From Octopus vulgaris (taxonomy: Eukaryota): a stretch of 64,000 bases of DNA. The notes under the pieces were generated by a model. It had not been told where the DNA came from and did not search any database. It saw only the letters and a program-made list of their open reading frames with translations. The stretch spans positions 103,044,001 to 103,108,000 of the forward strand of contig OX597822.1 of the NCBI GenBank assembly GCA_951406725.2, read 5' to 3'. Below, in pieces: positions 12,123 to 23,677 of this stretch. The position numbers and the translations under genes are program-made. How positions within the stretch are numbered: position 1 is the first letter of the stretch; the number at the start of each line of letters is the position of its first letter.

Positions 12123-12926
12123 CTATAGAGAGAAAGTGTTGACAGCCACAAAAGTTTAAATATTCCTGCCACAGGTCTTTTAGAATGGTGAATTATTATC
12201 ACCCACCACCACAGGGATAGTTGTTACAAGTAGTTGGCCTAAATCTGACACAGCAGGTATTTACCCATGGTCAATTATACATCAGATGCTCCCGTGTCAG
12301 CAGTCCACACAATCTCTTCATTTGTGGTAATCCGGGCAACACCAGAATCGCTGTCTACAAAGAAGCCCTGCAATAACACTTTTGAACATATCGCCATTAC
12401 TCTCCCATCGCTGGAGTCACTGTAACTTTCTCAATTTTTTAGCCCAACTGCATCCACCTTTTTCATGTCGCTGGCCACCTCTGCAATCCAACCACTTCTT
12501 CCAGTCAAACTCCCAACTCATGGGTTCACGTCATGACACTGATTCCACAAAATTAGGTTCGGTGTGACTATATATTGTATCCAAAACATTGTAAGTGCAG
12601 AGACTGGATTGGTGTTTTGTTTTTTTCCGTCATTCTTTGCCCTTCACATCTGCATCCACAAGGTTTCTCCAATTGCTTCTCAAAGACTTTAAACATTTGG
12701 CATGCTTTTTTCATATCCAGTTTTCAATAAATTTTTTTTTTTTTTTTTGGAATTTCTCATCTTTAAAATGTGGCAAGAGTAGACCCAAATGAAATTGGGT
12801 CATAATACCGAAACAAGTAAAACAAAAAAAAAACTATGCTATTTTAATCCCGAGCAAGGCTGGGTTTCTCTGTGAGTGTAATCTATAACAAAACCAATAG
12901 TATCCATAGTGATATGTAATACTATA
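12123..12926. repeat. inverted copy of 10391-11222
   Basis: Continuous reverse-complement match over ~800 bp with scattered substitutions and one ~47-bp deletion. Confidence 0.92.
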
Positions 12927-13458
12927 AATGGAACACATAATACTTGTCACCAGCAAGCATAGAGTTAATGTTAATAACTATTATTGTAACTGTAAGTGGA
13001 AACTAGAATGTCCATCTGAAGGGCAATGCCTCAGAAAAAAACTCAGGTTATAGATAACTGATGGTATTTCTAATAATTATATCGGTATATACTTGAATTC
13101 CAAATCCCTTTTCCTTATACATACAATATTTTTATCGTTTTAATGTTCATTTTTCTGTGCTTGCCTGAGTCAGAAGGAATTCATTTGGCAGATCTTCCTG
13201 TTACCAGCTCTCACCTGTTTCCAAGTGATATATTCTTTTGTTCTTTTACTTGTTTCAGTAATTTTGACTGTGGCCATACTGGAGCACAACCTTAAAGGGT
13301 GAAATCAATGCCAGGACTTATTCTTTTAAGCCTAGTACTTATTCTATTGGCCTCTTTTGCTGAATCGCTAAGTTACAGGGGACGTAGGCACACCAGCATC
13401 GCTTATCAAATGATGGCTGGTGGGTGGGGGGAATAGACAGACAGACACAAATACATCC

Positions 13459-13497
<39 letters not shown>

Positions 13498-14231
13498 TAC
13501 ATGCATACAACAGGCTTCTTTCAGTTTCCGTTTACCAAATCCTGAACCTGGAACCACGTGGTTGGGAAGCAAGCTTCTTACTGCACAGTCATGCTTACGT
13601 CTATATATATATATGTCAGTAGCTGTAGGCTTTGTTATGTAGGTAAAAAGCTTGCTTTCCTACCACATGGTTTCAGGTTCAGTCCCACTGCATGGTAACA
13701 TAATTAAGTGTCTTCTACTATAGCCCTGCTTTGACTAAAGCCTTGTGTGTGAATTTGATTGATGAAAACTGAAAGAAGTTTAAATAAGTACATGTGTCTT
13801 TGTATTTGTTTACACATGTATTCTACAAAAGTCTCCGTGGGTGGTATTATTGTTGGTCATGTCTGTCAAAGAAGACGACCATTTACTTCTTGCTGTGGAA
13901 GATGTATGCAATAGGAGATCCCTTATTTGAAAAATGGGTAAGGGTTAGCAACAAGATGAGCATCTGGCTGTAAAACAATGCAATCAATAATATATTCATA
14001 CTAGCATAGAAAAGCAGGCATAAAATGAATGAACAATATGTGTGTATATATCTTTTGGTGTTTTTGATCTGTTTATAGAAATATTTGCTGATGGTGGGAT
14101 TCTATGTATTTAATAAAAATTTATTAGTCATTTCAGTTGACTAGGATTTCAAGCTTTGCTTTATCAGCTGTTTTGATTCTATATATATATATATATAGAA
14201 AACGAAGTTATTCTATTCCACATTGGTAGAA

Positions 14232-14416
14232 ATATAGGAAAAACAGAAGTTGAAAAATGCATTGAGAATAGTTAAAATATTTTTTATCAATATATTTAAA
14301 GCTTTAACCAGTTTCAAAGAAAATCAGTGTAAACTGTGAAATTGGCTAAAGCTTTATATTGATAAAAAATATTTTAACTATTCTCAATGCATTTTCAACT
14401 TTTATATTTCCTATAT
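14232..14416. repeat. AT-rich fold-back in a (TA)n tract, Penelope-like terminal relic
   Basis: ~85-bp arms (aagttgaaaaatgcattgagaatagttaaaatat / atattttaactattctcaatgcattttcaactt); centre ccagtttca...tgaaattgg. Confidence 0.65.
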
Positions 14417-15533
14417 ATATATATACCTGCACACACTCTCACACAAACACTGGTATTTGAATACATACTGGCGCATAAAGGGCCATGTACATACATGCAT
14501 TGATCTGAGCATTGTTAATAATGTAGGCTTAAGTAGCTTATTAGAAATAAGCTTGTTAGTACAGAACTAGCAGGCCCAGATGAGACAGCTACATCGAATT
14601 ATGAATATTACTCTGACAAGATCAGGAATGAAGTGATCCTACGATGTGCTGGTCTGCCTCCTGTGATGGAAATCCTCCTCCTCCTCCTCATCATCATCAT
14701 CGTTTAACGTCTGCTTTCCATGCTAGCATAGGTTGGACGGTTCGACTGGGGTCTGGGAAGCCAGGAGGCTGCACCAGGCTCCAGTCTGATCTGGCAGTGT
14801 TTCTGCAGCTGGATGCCCTTCCTAACGCCAACCACTCCGTGAGTGTAGTGGGTGGTTTTTTATGTGCCACTGGCACAGGTTCCAGGGGAGGCTGGCAACA
14901 GCCACGATCGGTTGGTGCTTTTTACGTGCCACCAGCACAGAAGCCAGTCAAGGCAGCGCTGATATTGATATAACCCTCATGGTAGCCAGGATTATAAGTA
15001 CATACCTAAAATGACAATTTTAGCAACTACCAAGCAATCCTATTGTCTAATTATGAGGATGGCCGTGACAACAGGTCCATTTGTTTGTTTTTCCATACCC
15101 GCATGGTTTAGATGTGGGAGGTATTTGAGACAGGATTTTTATGACTGTGTGCTCTTTCTGTTGCCAACCCTTATTTATTTCCCGAGTAAGGAATTTTTCT
15201 TTTTATTCCAGAGAAATTTCAAACTCAGGGCTTGTGGGTGATTTGCTGACAGGAAATATCAGCAAATGTCACCGCTTGCAGTCCAGTCTCAGATTGTCAT
15301 GTCATTGCCTATAACTGAGCTATAAACATTGATATCATCTGTAGCTGCAGCTCGGTCCAGATTCTAAATGTTCACATATACACACCTTTCAGTTTTCATC
15401 TATCAATTCCATCACAAGATATTGGTTAGACTAGGTCTATATAGAAAAAAACCCAAGGTGTTGTGCAGTGGGATTGAACCCAAAACAACATAGTTGAGAA
15501 ACTTCTAAGTCACATACAACCATTACTTTAATA

Positions 15534-15722
15534 GGGAGAGTTAACGAAAAAAAAACAAAAGACGAAGACAGGTGGTGTACAAAACAAACAGATGTATTAG
15601 TATAATGCTCAGGAATAGAAAAAGTCTTTTACTTTTCGAGCCTATGCTCTTCTACAGAAAGGGACACAGAAAAAATAAGGAGAGAAAAAAATGTGTGTAG
15701 TGGCTAACGATCTATCATGGCG
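15534..15722 (-). mobile_element. short retroposed element with a hammerhead-like fold, in the last POP1 intron
   Basis: Perfect 15-bp direct duplication accattactttaata (15519-15533, 15723-15737); homologous to 60062-60262. Confidence 0.8.
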
Positions 15723-15857
15723 ACCATTACTTTAATACATCAGATTGTGTGTGTTTTTATTGAACTGTCATATGTATTCTGTGCATAAAATATAAATTTT
15801 GCTAACATTTTAAAATGGATTTTAGAAAAATATTAATTTATATATTTTCTGTTTCAG

Positions 15858-16849
15858 GTTATCAATTGCATCTTCTAGATTCTTCATCTCGAATTCCAAT
15901 GCTTTTAATCCAGAGACCGGGAATACAGTCATTATTTCAGGCTTGTAATTCTACTTTTGCAAACCCTCGGCTTGGAAACGGCTGTGATATCATACTTCCA
16001 GCTGGATGGGGAATGGCATTTTGGATAGCTCTAGTGTATCAAGGTGCTCAGGTGGGTGGTCTTTCTGAAGCCTACAGGACATCATTAGAAGTAGGGGAGT
16101 TGTATTTTCCATTTGACTATCCCGACACAGAAGCTGGTCTTGATGAAATGTCTGTGATAAAAACAAACAAACTGGGGGTTTATATGCGACGACCACCAAG
16201 TAAGCGACCCAATTTTGAGCGGCTTGGCATTCCCGTTCCTTTTTATACAGATTATCTTTCTTTGGTACAAGAACTAAATAAGGACCTCATTCAGAAGTTT
16301 TGTGTGTTGAGGGACCGTAAAAAACTAATTGCTCTCAGTAGATTAATATCATCTACTAACGATTCCAAATTGAAAATTTCAAAACATTTTGTTGGAGATA
16401 GTTTTTACAACCAGGCCATAGTACCGGTAATTGTAGAAATGGTATCTAAAGGAATTCCAGAACACTGTTCAATGATTTGTGTGCCCTTGAAAAGGGATCT
16501 TGTAAATCTGAAATCTAAGAAAGCAGCAGAGGTTAAGGAACCACTACACAAAGTCAAAAGAGGGACCAAAGAATGTGAAGAGAATAAAAAAACAAAGCCA
16601 TCAAGATTGTGTGAAGATAGACTAAAAACTGGGACGGGTCAGTTACTTCCATTGTCGAGTACATCGCGGAAGATTATTGGATTTCTTACAACAGGGAGAT
16701 ACTCTTTTTTAAAGGCTTCTGGTGTTGGGATCGGATTCTGTTCTGTAGTTGGTTTGCAAGAGCTGTTACCAAATTCCAAATCTATAATTTTGGTCAGAAG
16801 CATTAAATCATTAGAATATCGTTATGCTAAATTATCTATTATTTCCTAA
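15858..16849 (+). CDS. POP1: POP1 terminal coding exon (POPLD and C-terminal domain)
   Basis: tttcag acceptor; IPMLLIQRPG, GCDIILPAGWGMAFWIALVYQGAQVGGL, FPFDYPDT, RRPPSKRPNF, IIGFLTTGRYS...GVGIG; TAA stop at 16847-16849. Confidence 0.96.
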
Positions 16850-16887
16850 CCTAACCACTTTCATTTTATTTACTAAATCTATAAAAA

Positions 16888-16918
16888 AATAAATAAATAA
16901 TAAACATCATTTTAATAA
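16888..16918 (+). terminator. candidate POP1 polyadenylation signals
   Basis: Cluster of AATAAA hexamers 40-70 nt after the stop, followed by T/GT-rich sequence; could also be plain A-rich repeat. Confidence 0.4.
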
Positions 16919-17189
16919 ATATATTTTTGGTTATATATCTGACATTTTGAACATGTATGTTGTTTATTTACTGCTGCAGCAATATTGAAATAATATTAAT
17001 GTACATTGGATTTGGTGAAATTGATGTGAACAACTCTGATGAGAAATAAGTTTTAAAAATCAAGAAAGGCTGTTCATCAATTTTCAGTCTATGGAGAAAT
17101 GGCTTAATTAGCTCTGTTTATATATCTACTAGGTACAGGCATGTGGTAAGAAGCTTGCTTCTTACCACATACCCATGCCTGTAGCTAGA

Positions 17190-17600
17190 AGTTGGCAGAA
17201 ACATTAGCACGCCGGGCGAATTGCTTAGCAGTATTTCATCTGCCGCTAAGTTCTGAGTTCAAATTCTGCCGAGGTTGACTCTGCCTTTCATCCTTTAAGT
17301 GTCGATAAATTAAGTACCAGTTATGCACTGGGGTTGATATAATCAACTTAATCCGTCTGTCTGTCCTTGTTTGTCTCCTCTGTGTTTAGCCCCTTGTGGG
17401 TAGTAAAGAAATAGGTATTTCTTCTGCTGCTATGTTTTGAGTTCAAATTCCGCCGAGGTCCACTTTGCCTTTTATCCTTTCAGGGTCAATTAAATAAGGA
17501 CCAGTTATACACTGGGGTCAATACAATTGACTTAATCTGTTTGTCTGTCCTTGTTTGTCCCCTCTGTGTGTAGCCCCTTGTGGGCAGTAAAGAAATAAGA
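17190..17600 (+). mobile_element. tRNA-headed SINE family C, dimer; other copies ~2080-2305(-), 38912-39119(+), 39785-40012(-), 41985-42372(+), 59088-59290(-), 60868-61475(+, trimer)
   Basis: tggcagaaacgttagcacgccgggcgaa...gagttcaaattccgccgaggtcgactttgcctttcatcctttcggggtcgataaattaagtaccag core, ending ccccttgtggg.agtaaagaaata. Confidence 0.85.
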
Positions 17601-18071
17601 AGCTTACTTCCTAACCACATGGTTCCGGGTTCAGTCCCATTGTGTGGAACCTTGGGCAAACGTCTTCTATTATAGCCTTAGGCTGATCAAAGCCTTGTGA
17701 GTGGATTTGGTAGACAGAAACTGAAAGAAGCCCATCATATATATATCTCTTTGTCTTCCACCACTGTTTGACAACCAGTGTTGGTGTGTTTAAATCCCTG
17801 TAACTTAGCAGTTCAGTAAAAAAGACTGATAGAGTAAGTACCAGGCTTAGCAAAAAAATTAGGTATTGAGGTCGATTCATTTGACTAAAAATTCTCCAAA
17901 GCTGTGCCCCAGAATGGCTGCAGTCTAATGACTGAAGCAAGTGAAAGGTAAAAGATATAAGTTAGGCACCGTTTCAGGGTCAACCCCACTGTGACACCTT
18001 GGGTAAGTGTCTTCTATAGCCCCTGACCGACCAAAGCCTTGTGAATAGACTTGGTTGACAGAAAATGCCAT

Positions 18072-18450
18072 AGGCATAGGAGTGGCTGTGTGGTAAGTAG
18101 CTTGCTTACCAACCACATGGTTCAGGGTTCAGTCCCACTGCATGGTACCTTGGGCAAGTGTCTTCTACTATAGCCTCGGGCCGACCAAAGCCTTGTGAGT
18201 GGATTTGGTAGGTGGAAACTGAAAGAAGTCCATCGTATATATATATATATATATATACATGTGTCTGTGTTTGTCCCCCCCAACATAGCTTGACAACCGA
18301 TGCTGGTGTGTTTACGTCCCCGTAACTTAGCGGTTTGGCAAAAGAGACCGATAGAATAAGTACAAAGAATAAGTCCTGGGGTCGATTTGCTCGACTAAAG
18401 GTGGTGCTCCAGCATGGCCACAGTCAAATGACTGAAACAAGCAAAAGAGA
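18072..18450 (+). mobile_element. SINE family A full-length; also ~13235-13600(-), 17610-17955(+), 23418-23838(-), 25067-25468(+), 26330-26720(-), 44992-45380(+), 46128-46520(+), 63240-63440(-)
   Basis: tRNA-like head, accttgggcaagtgtctt (CORE/V-like) segment, internal (TA)n(TG)n, tail gcagtcaaatgactgaaacaagtaaaagag. Confidence 0.88.
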
Positions 18451-18922
18451 AGTATGTGTACTAGATTTTAATAGGGTATGATTATTTAATGATGTGTCTT
18501 ATGTGAACTTCACTTCAGATTGAGTTAAAAAAAGGATTTAAAATATGTTAAAATTTTGAGGCAACCTTATAATAATATGCTCTTTAGTTTAGCATTTGGT
18601 AGTAATAGCTTGACTCTGTACTTCTGTACAGAAAATTGAAATGAACTGTAGTGCATAAGATAAGATAACTCTAATAGATACAGGCATAGTTATGTGGTTA
18701 AGAAGTTGGCTTCCTAACTATGTGGTTTCAGGTTCAGTCCCACTGTATGGCATCTTGGGCATGTGTCTTCTGTAGGCCCAGATGAACCAAAGCCTTGTGA
18801 ATATCCTTGTTGCTTATTTTAATTTTATGTATGTATCTATCTATCTATCTATGTATATATATATATATATACACACACATATATGTGTATATATATAATA
18901 TAGCTATCTATCTATCTATCTA

Positions 18923-18967
<45 letters not shown>

Positions 18968-19026
18968 TCACATATATATATATATACACAGACAAACAGG
19001 TTAGATAGACAGACTGACAGACAGAC

Positions 19027-19261
19027 ATATGCCTTGACATAAAATCTATTAAGAAATTATTGACAGATTCAAGATGAAAAGTTCACCTGACATCTATCCA
19101 CTAATTGACAGGGATGTTGTTTTCTTTGTTATTTAAAAAAAAAAAAACCATAACATACCAAAGAAAATAACATTCCTGTCAATTAGTGGATAGATGTCAG
19201 GTGAACTTTTCATCTTGAATCTGTCAATAATTTGGTAATAGATTTTTATATCAGGGCATAT
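19027..19261. repeat. long palindrome (~105-bp arms, ~22-nt A-rich loop)
   Basis: tattgacagattcaagatgaaaagttcacctgacatctatccactaattgacagg and its exact reverse complement. Confidence 0.9.
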
Positions 19262-19296
19262 ATGTGTGTATGTATATCTATCTATCTATCTGTCTA

Positions 19297-19342
<46 letters not shown>

Positions 19343-20734
19343 ACTATCTATCTATCTGTCTATCAATATCTATCTATCTGTCTGTCTATCTATCTATCAA
19401 TATCTATCTATCTATCAATATCTATCTATCTATCAATATCTATCTATCTATCTGTCTGTCTATCTATCTATCTATCTATCTATCTATATATTTATATATA
19501 TATTGGAAGGTTTGGAGATGATGTACAGGCATTATATATTAGAAGAATATATATATATATATATATAAATGCATATGTATGTACATATCTGCATGCATGT
19601 ATTTACATGCGTGTGTGTGTGTGTATATATATCTCTATATATAATATATATATATAAAGTAAAGGCTATTTACCAACATAATGTGGCTGACCCAAAAGAT
19701 ACGACGTTACTGTTGTTTTAGCCCCAAGAACTATCGTTTCTAGCTGGCTATATGACACACTGTATGTGTCCTTATATCTTCGAACAGGGAGCTCAGCATT
19801 CCCATCAAGTGCAAAACATCTGCGAACTAGTTTATATATATATAAATAAAACCATGATTCTGAAATGAAAAAAACTAGTGCAAAATTTTTACCAAAAAAT
19901 ATAAATGAGTAAAAAAAAAAAAAAAAAAAAAAATTTAAAAAGACAGCACCGTGCTTCTCTTAAGGAAAGTAGTTTGGATAATATATCATAGAACTAGATA
20001 AAAGAAACAACAAAAATATTAAGACAAAAACAAAAGCAAATATTTAAGAAATAAGAAACTTTTTGTTGCTCTGTGATTTTATGTCAGTTTTATTTTTTTA
20101 CCGTTTTTTTTTGGTAAGGAATGGTAAACAATATCAATATTTATCGATATTGTTTGATACAATTTCTATATTCGGTGTTCTTGTTGTTCTCAGAAGCAAA
20201 ATAAAACGAGACTCTATATTCTTTTATTTTTTTTTATTCCTTTACTTGTTAAGTCATTTGACTGTGGCCATGGCCATGCTGGAGCACCACTTTAAAGGGG
20301 TTTTTTTTTTTAGTCAAAGAAAGTGACCCCAGGATTTATTCTTTGTAAGCCTAGTACTAATTCTGTTGGTCTTCTTTGCCGAACCACTAAGTTATGGGGA
20401 TGTAAACACACGAACATTGGTTGGGGGACAAACATAGACATAAAGACACACACACACGTGCATCTGTGCACATGTGCAACAGAGAACTAGTGTACTGAAA
20501 GAAAAGTTAGGCATAAGAGGAATTAGATGAGGTAAGGTGGGAGAAAAGACTGTTGGTTTGGTCGTGTGATGCTTATGGATATAGACTGTTGCATGCAGAA
20601 GTGATGACCATAGTGGATGACCATAGTGATGACTCATAGTGGATGGAATTTGTGGAAGACAGACAAAAGATAGATGTAAATGTGTGTGCATATATACATG
20701 TGAATATATATATGTATATATATATATATATATA

Positions 20735-23097
20735 TGGAGGTGTTTCGCGTTGCAAGACAGTGTGTGAGAGAGAATCGTGATGTGGTAGGAGAGAAGTGTG
20801 TTCGCATGGAAGATGGTTCACTTGCACTAAATGAGGATGCAAAGAGAGAGGTTTGGAGATGCCACTATGAAAGGTTGCTGAATAAAGAAAATGAATGGGA
20901 TAAAGAGAGTCTGCCGAATGTTGACCCAACAGAGGGACCAGCTATCCGAGTTGATAGTTCCGTGGTAGCTAAGGCAATTAGAAGCATGAAGACAGGGAAA
21001 GCCCCAGGCCCATCAGGAATCACTGCAGAGATGCTCAAAATGTCTGGTAGTGTCGGCTATAGCCTAGTCACCCGTATAGTTAATCAGGTGATACACAAAG
21101 GAGTCATACCCAATGACTGGTGTAGCAGCATAATAGTCAACTGCTACAAAGGTAAAGGTGACACCCTAGATACAAATAACTACAGAGGTATCAAGCTGTT
21201 GGATCAGGTGATGAAGGTTACAGAGAGGGTCATAGCCCAATTAATTAGAGAGAGTTAGTTTAGGTGAGATGCAGTTTGGGTTTGTGCCAGGGAAAAGTAC
21301 TACTGATGCTATATTCCTGGTAAGGCAGCTGCAGGAGAAATACCTAGCCAAAGATAAGCCCCTGTACCTGGCTTTTGTTGACATGGAGAAAGCCTTCGAC
21401 AGGGTCCCCTGATCCCTTATCTGGTGGGCAATGAGGAAACTAGGGATAGATGAATGGTTAGTGAGAGCTGTGCGGGCCATGTATAGGGACGCTACTAGTA
21501 GGGTGAGGGTTGGAAACGAGTACAGTGAAGAATTCCGGGTAGAGGTAGGGGTCCACCAAGGCTCAGTACTCAGCCCCCTCCTATTTATCATAGTCCTCCA
21601 GGCAATAACGGAGGAATTCAAGACAGGATGCCCTTGGGAACTCCTCTATGCTGATGACCTTGCTCTAATTGCTGAGTCACTATCAGAACTGGAGGAGAAG
21701 TTTCAGGTGTGGAAACAAGGATTAGAATCGAAGGGCCTCAGAGTCAATCTAGCTAAAACCAAAGTCGTAATCAGTAGGAAGGTAGACAAATCACAAACGC
21801 CTTCAGGTAGATGGCCCTGCTCGATCTGTAGAAAAGGTGTAGGTAGAAACTCTATAAGATGCACCAAGTGTAAGCTATGGACACATAAGAGGTGCAGCAA
21901 TGTCAAAGGAAGGCTAACTAGGAAGATGGTTTTTGTATGTGGCAGATGCTCAGGAACAATAAACACTGAAAATGCTCTGAAACCAACTTCCGTCACTTTC
22001 CAGGGAGAAAAACTAGAAATAGTTGATAGTTTCCGTTACCTAGGTGACTAAGTCAGCAGCGGGGGCGGGTGTGCTGAAAGTGTAACTGCTAGAGTAAGAA
22101 TAGCTTGGGCAAAATTCAGAGAGCTCTTACCTCTGCTGGTGACAAAAGGCCTCTCGCACAGAGTGAAAGGCAGACTGTATGATGCGTGTGTACGAACAGC
22201 CATGCTACATGGCAGTGAAACATGGGCCGTGACTGCTGAGGATATGCGTAAGCTCGCAAGAAATGAAGCCAGTATGCTCCGATGGATGTGTAATGTCAGT
22301 ACTCATACTCGGCAGAGTGTAAGTACCTTGAGAGAAAAGCTGGACCTAAGAAGCATCAGTTGTGGTGTGCAAGAGAGACGTTTGCGCTGGTATGGTCATG
22401 TGGCGAGAATGGATGAAGATAGTTGTGTGAAAAAGTGCCACACCCTAGCGGTTGAGGGAACCTGTGGAAGAGGCAGACCCAGGAAAACCTGGGACGAGGT
22501 GGTGAAGCACGACCTTCGAACTTTAGGTCTCACTGAGGAAATGACTAGAGACCGAGACCTCTGGAAGTGTGCTGTGCGCGAGAAGACCCGGCAGGACAAG
22601 TGAGTCCATAACCCGTGGCCTTCTACATGGGATGGAGCCAGCCTACGTATGCATACCTTCCCTTCTTGGGACACAAAACTCTACTTGTGAAGACGTGTTG
22701 AGGCAAGTGAGGATCAGAATCGATATCGATCAATGGAAATTGCAGATGTGTTACCAGTGCCAGTGGCATGTAAGAGAACCTTCCGTTTCACGACCGTTGC
22801 CAGCACCGCCCTGTTTTGTGTCCATTGCCAGCCTTGCCTGGCCCTCGTGCCAGTGGCACATAAAAAGCACCATCCGTTCGTGGCCGTTTGCCAGCTCTGT
22901 CTGGCACCTGTGCGAGTGGCACGTAAAAAGCACCCACTACACTCACGGAGTGGTTGGCGTTAGGAAGGGCATCCAGCCGTAGAAACACTGCCAGATTTGA
23001 CTGGGCCTGATGAAGCCTTCTGGCTTCACAGACCCCAGTAGAATCGTCCAACCCATGCTAGCATGGAAAGCGGACACTAAACGATGATGATGATGAT
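20735..23097 (+). mobile_element. 5'-truncated RTE-clade LINE: ORF2 RT region to 3' UTR and (GAT)n tail; recently inactivated
   Basis: KAPGPSGI, NYRGIKLL, QFGF, GVHQGSVLSPLLF, LLYADDL, FRYLG, MLHGSETW, RRLRWYGHVARM, RGRPRKTW; one frameshift near 21250, stops at ~21410 and ~22049; ORF ends 22603; (TA)n on both flanks. Confidence 0.95.
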
Positions 23098-23633
23098 ATA
23101 TGTATATATATATATGTATATATACATATATATATATATGTGTTTACATGTATATATGCACACACATTTACATCTATCTTTTGTCTGTCTGTCTTGGCCT
23201 CCCTATCTCTCTTTCTCTCTGTCTCTGTCAGTATGGAGTTGTGTGCCATCATAATATACAGAATGGCTTGGGAATTTTTAACTGTTGTTGACCTTATCCC
23301 TTTCTAGATCTGACCACAGCTGATGTTTTTCTTCTTGTCCTTGTTAAAAAGAAAGAGATAGATAGATAGAGAGAGAGTGAGGGAGAGAAAGAAAGAGAGA
23401 GAATTGAGCCTGTACCTCTTTTACTCTTTTACTTGTTTCAGTCATTTGACTGCGGCCATGCTGGAGCACCGCCTTTAATCGAGCAACTCGACCCCGGGAC
23501 TTATTCTTTTGTAAGCCCACTACTTATTCTATCGGTCTCTTTTGCTGAACCGCTAAGTAACGGGGACATAAACACACCAGCATCGGTTGTCAAGCAATGC
23601 TAGGGGACAAACACATACACACAAACACACACA

Positions 23634-23677
<44 letters not shown>

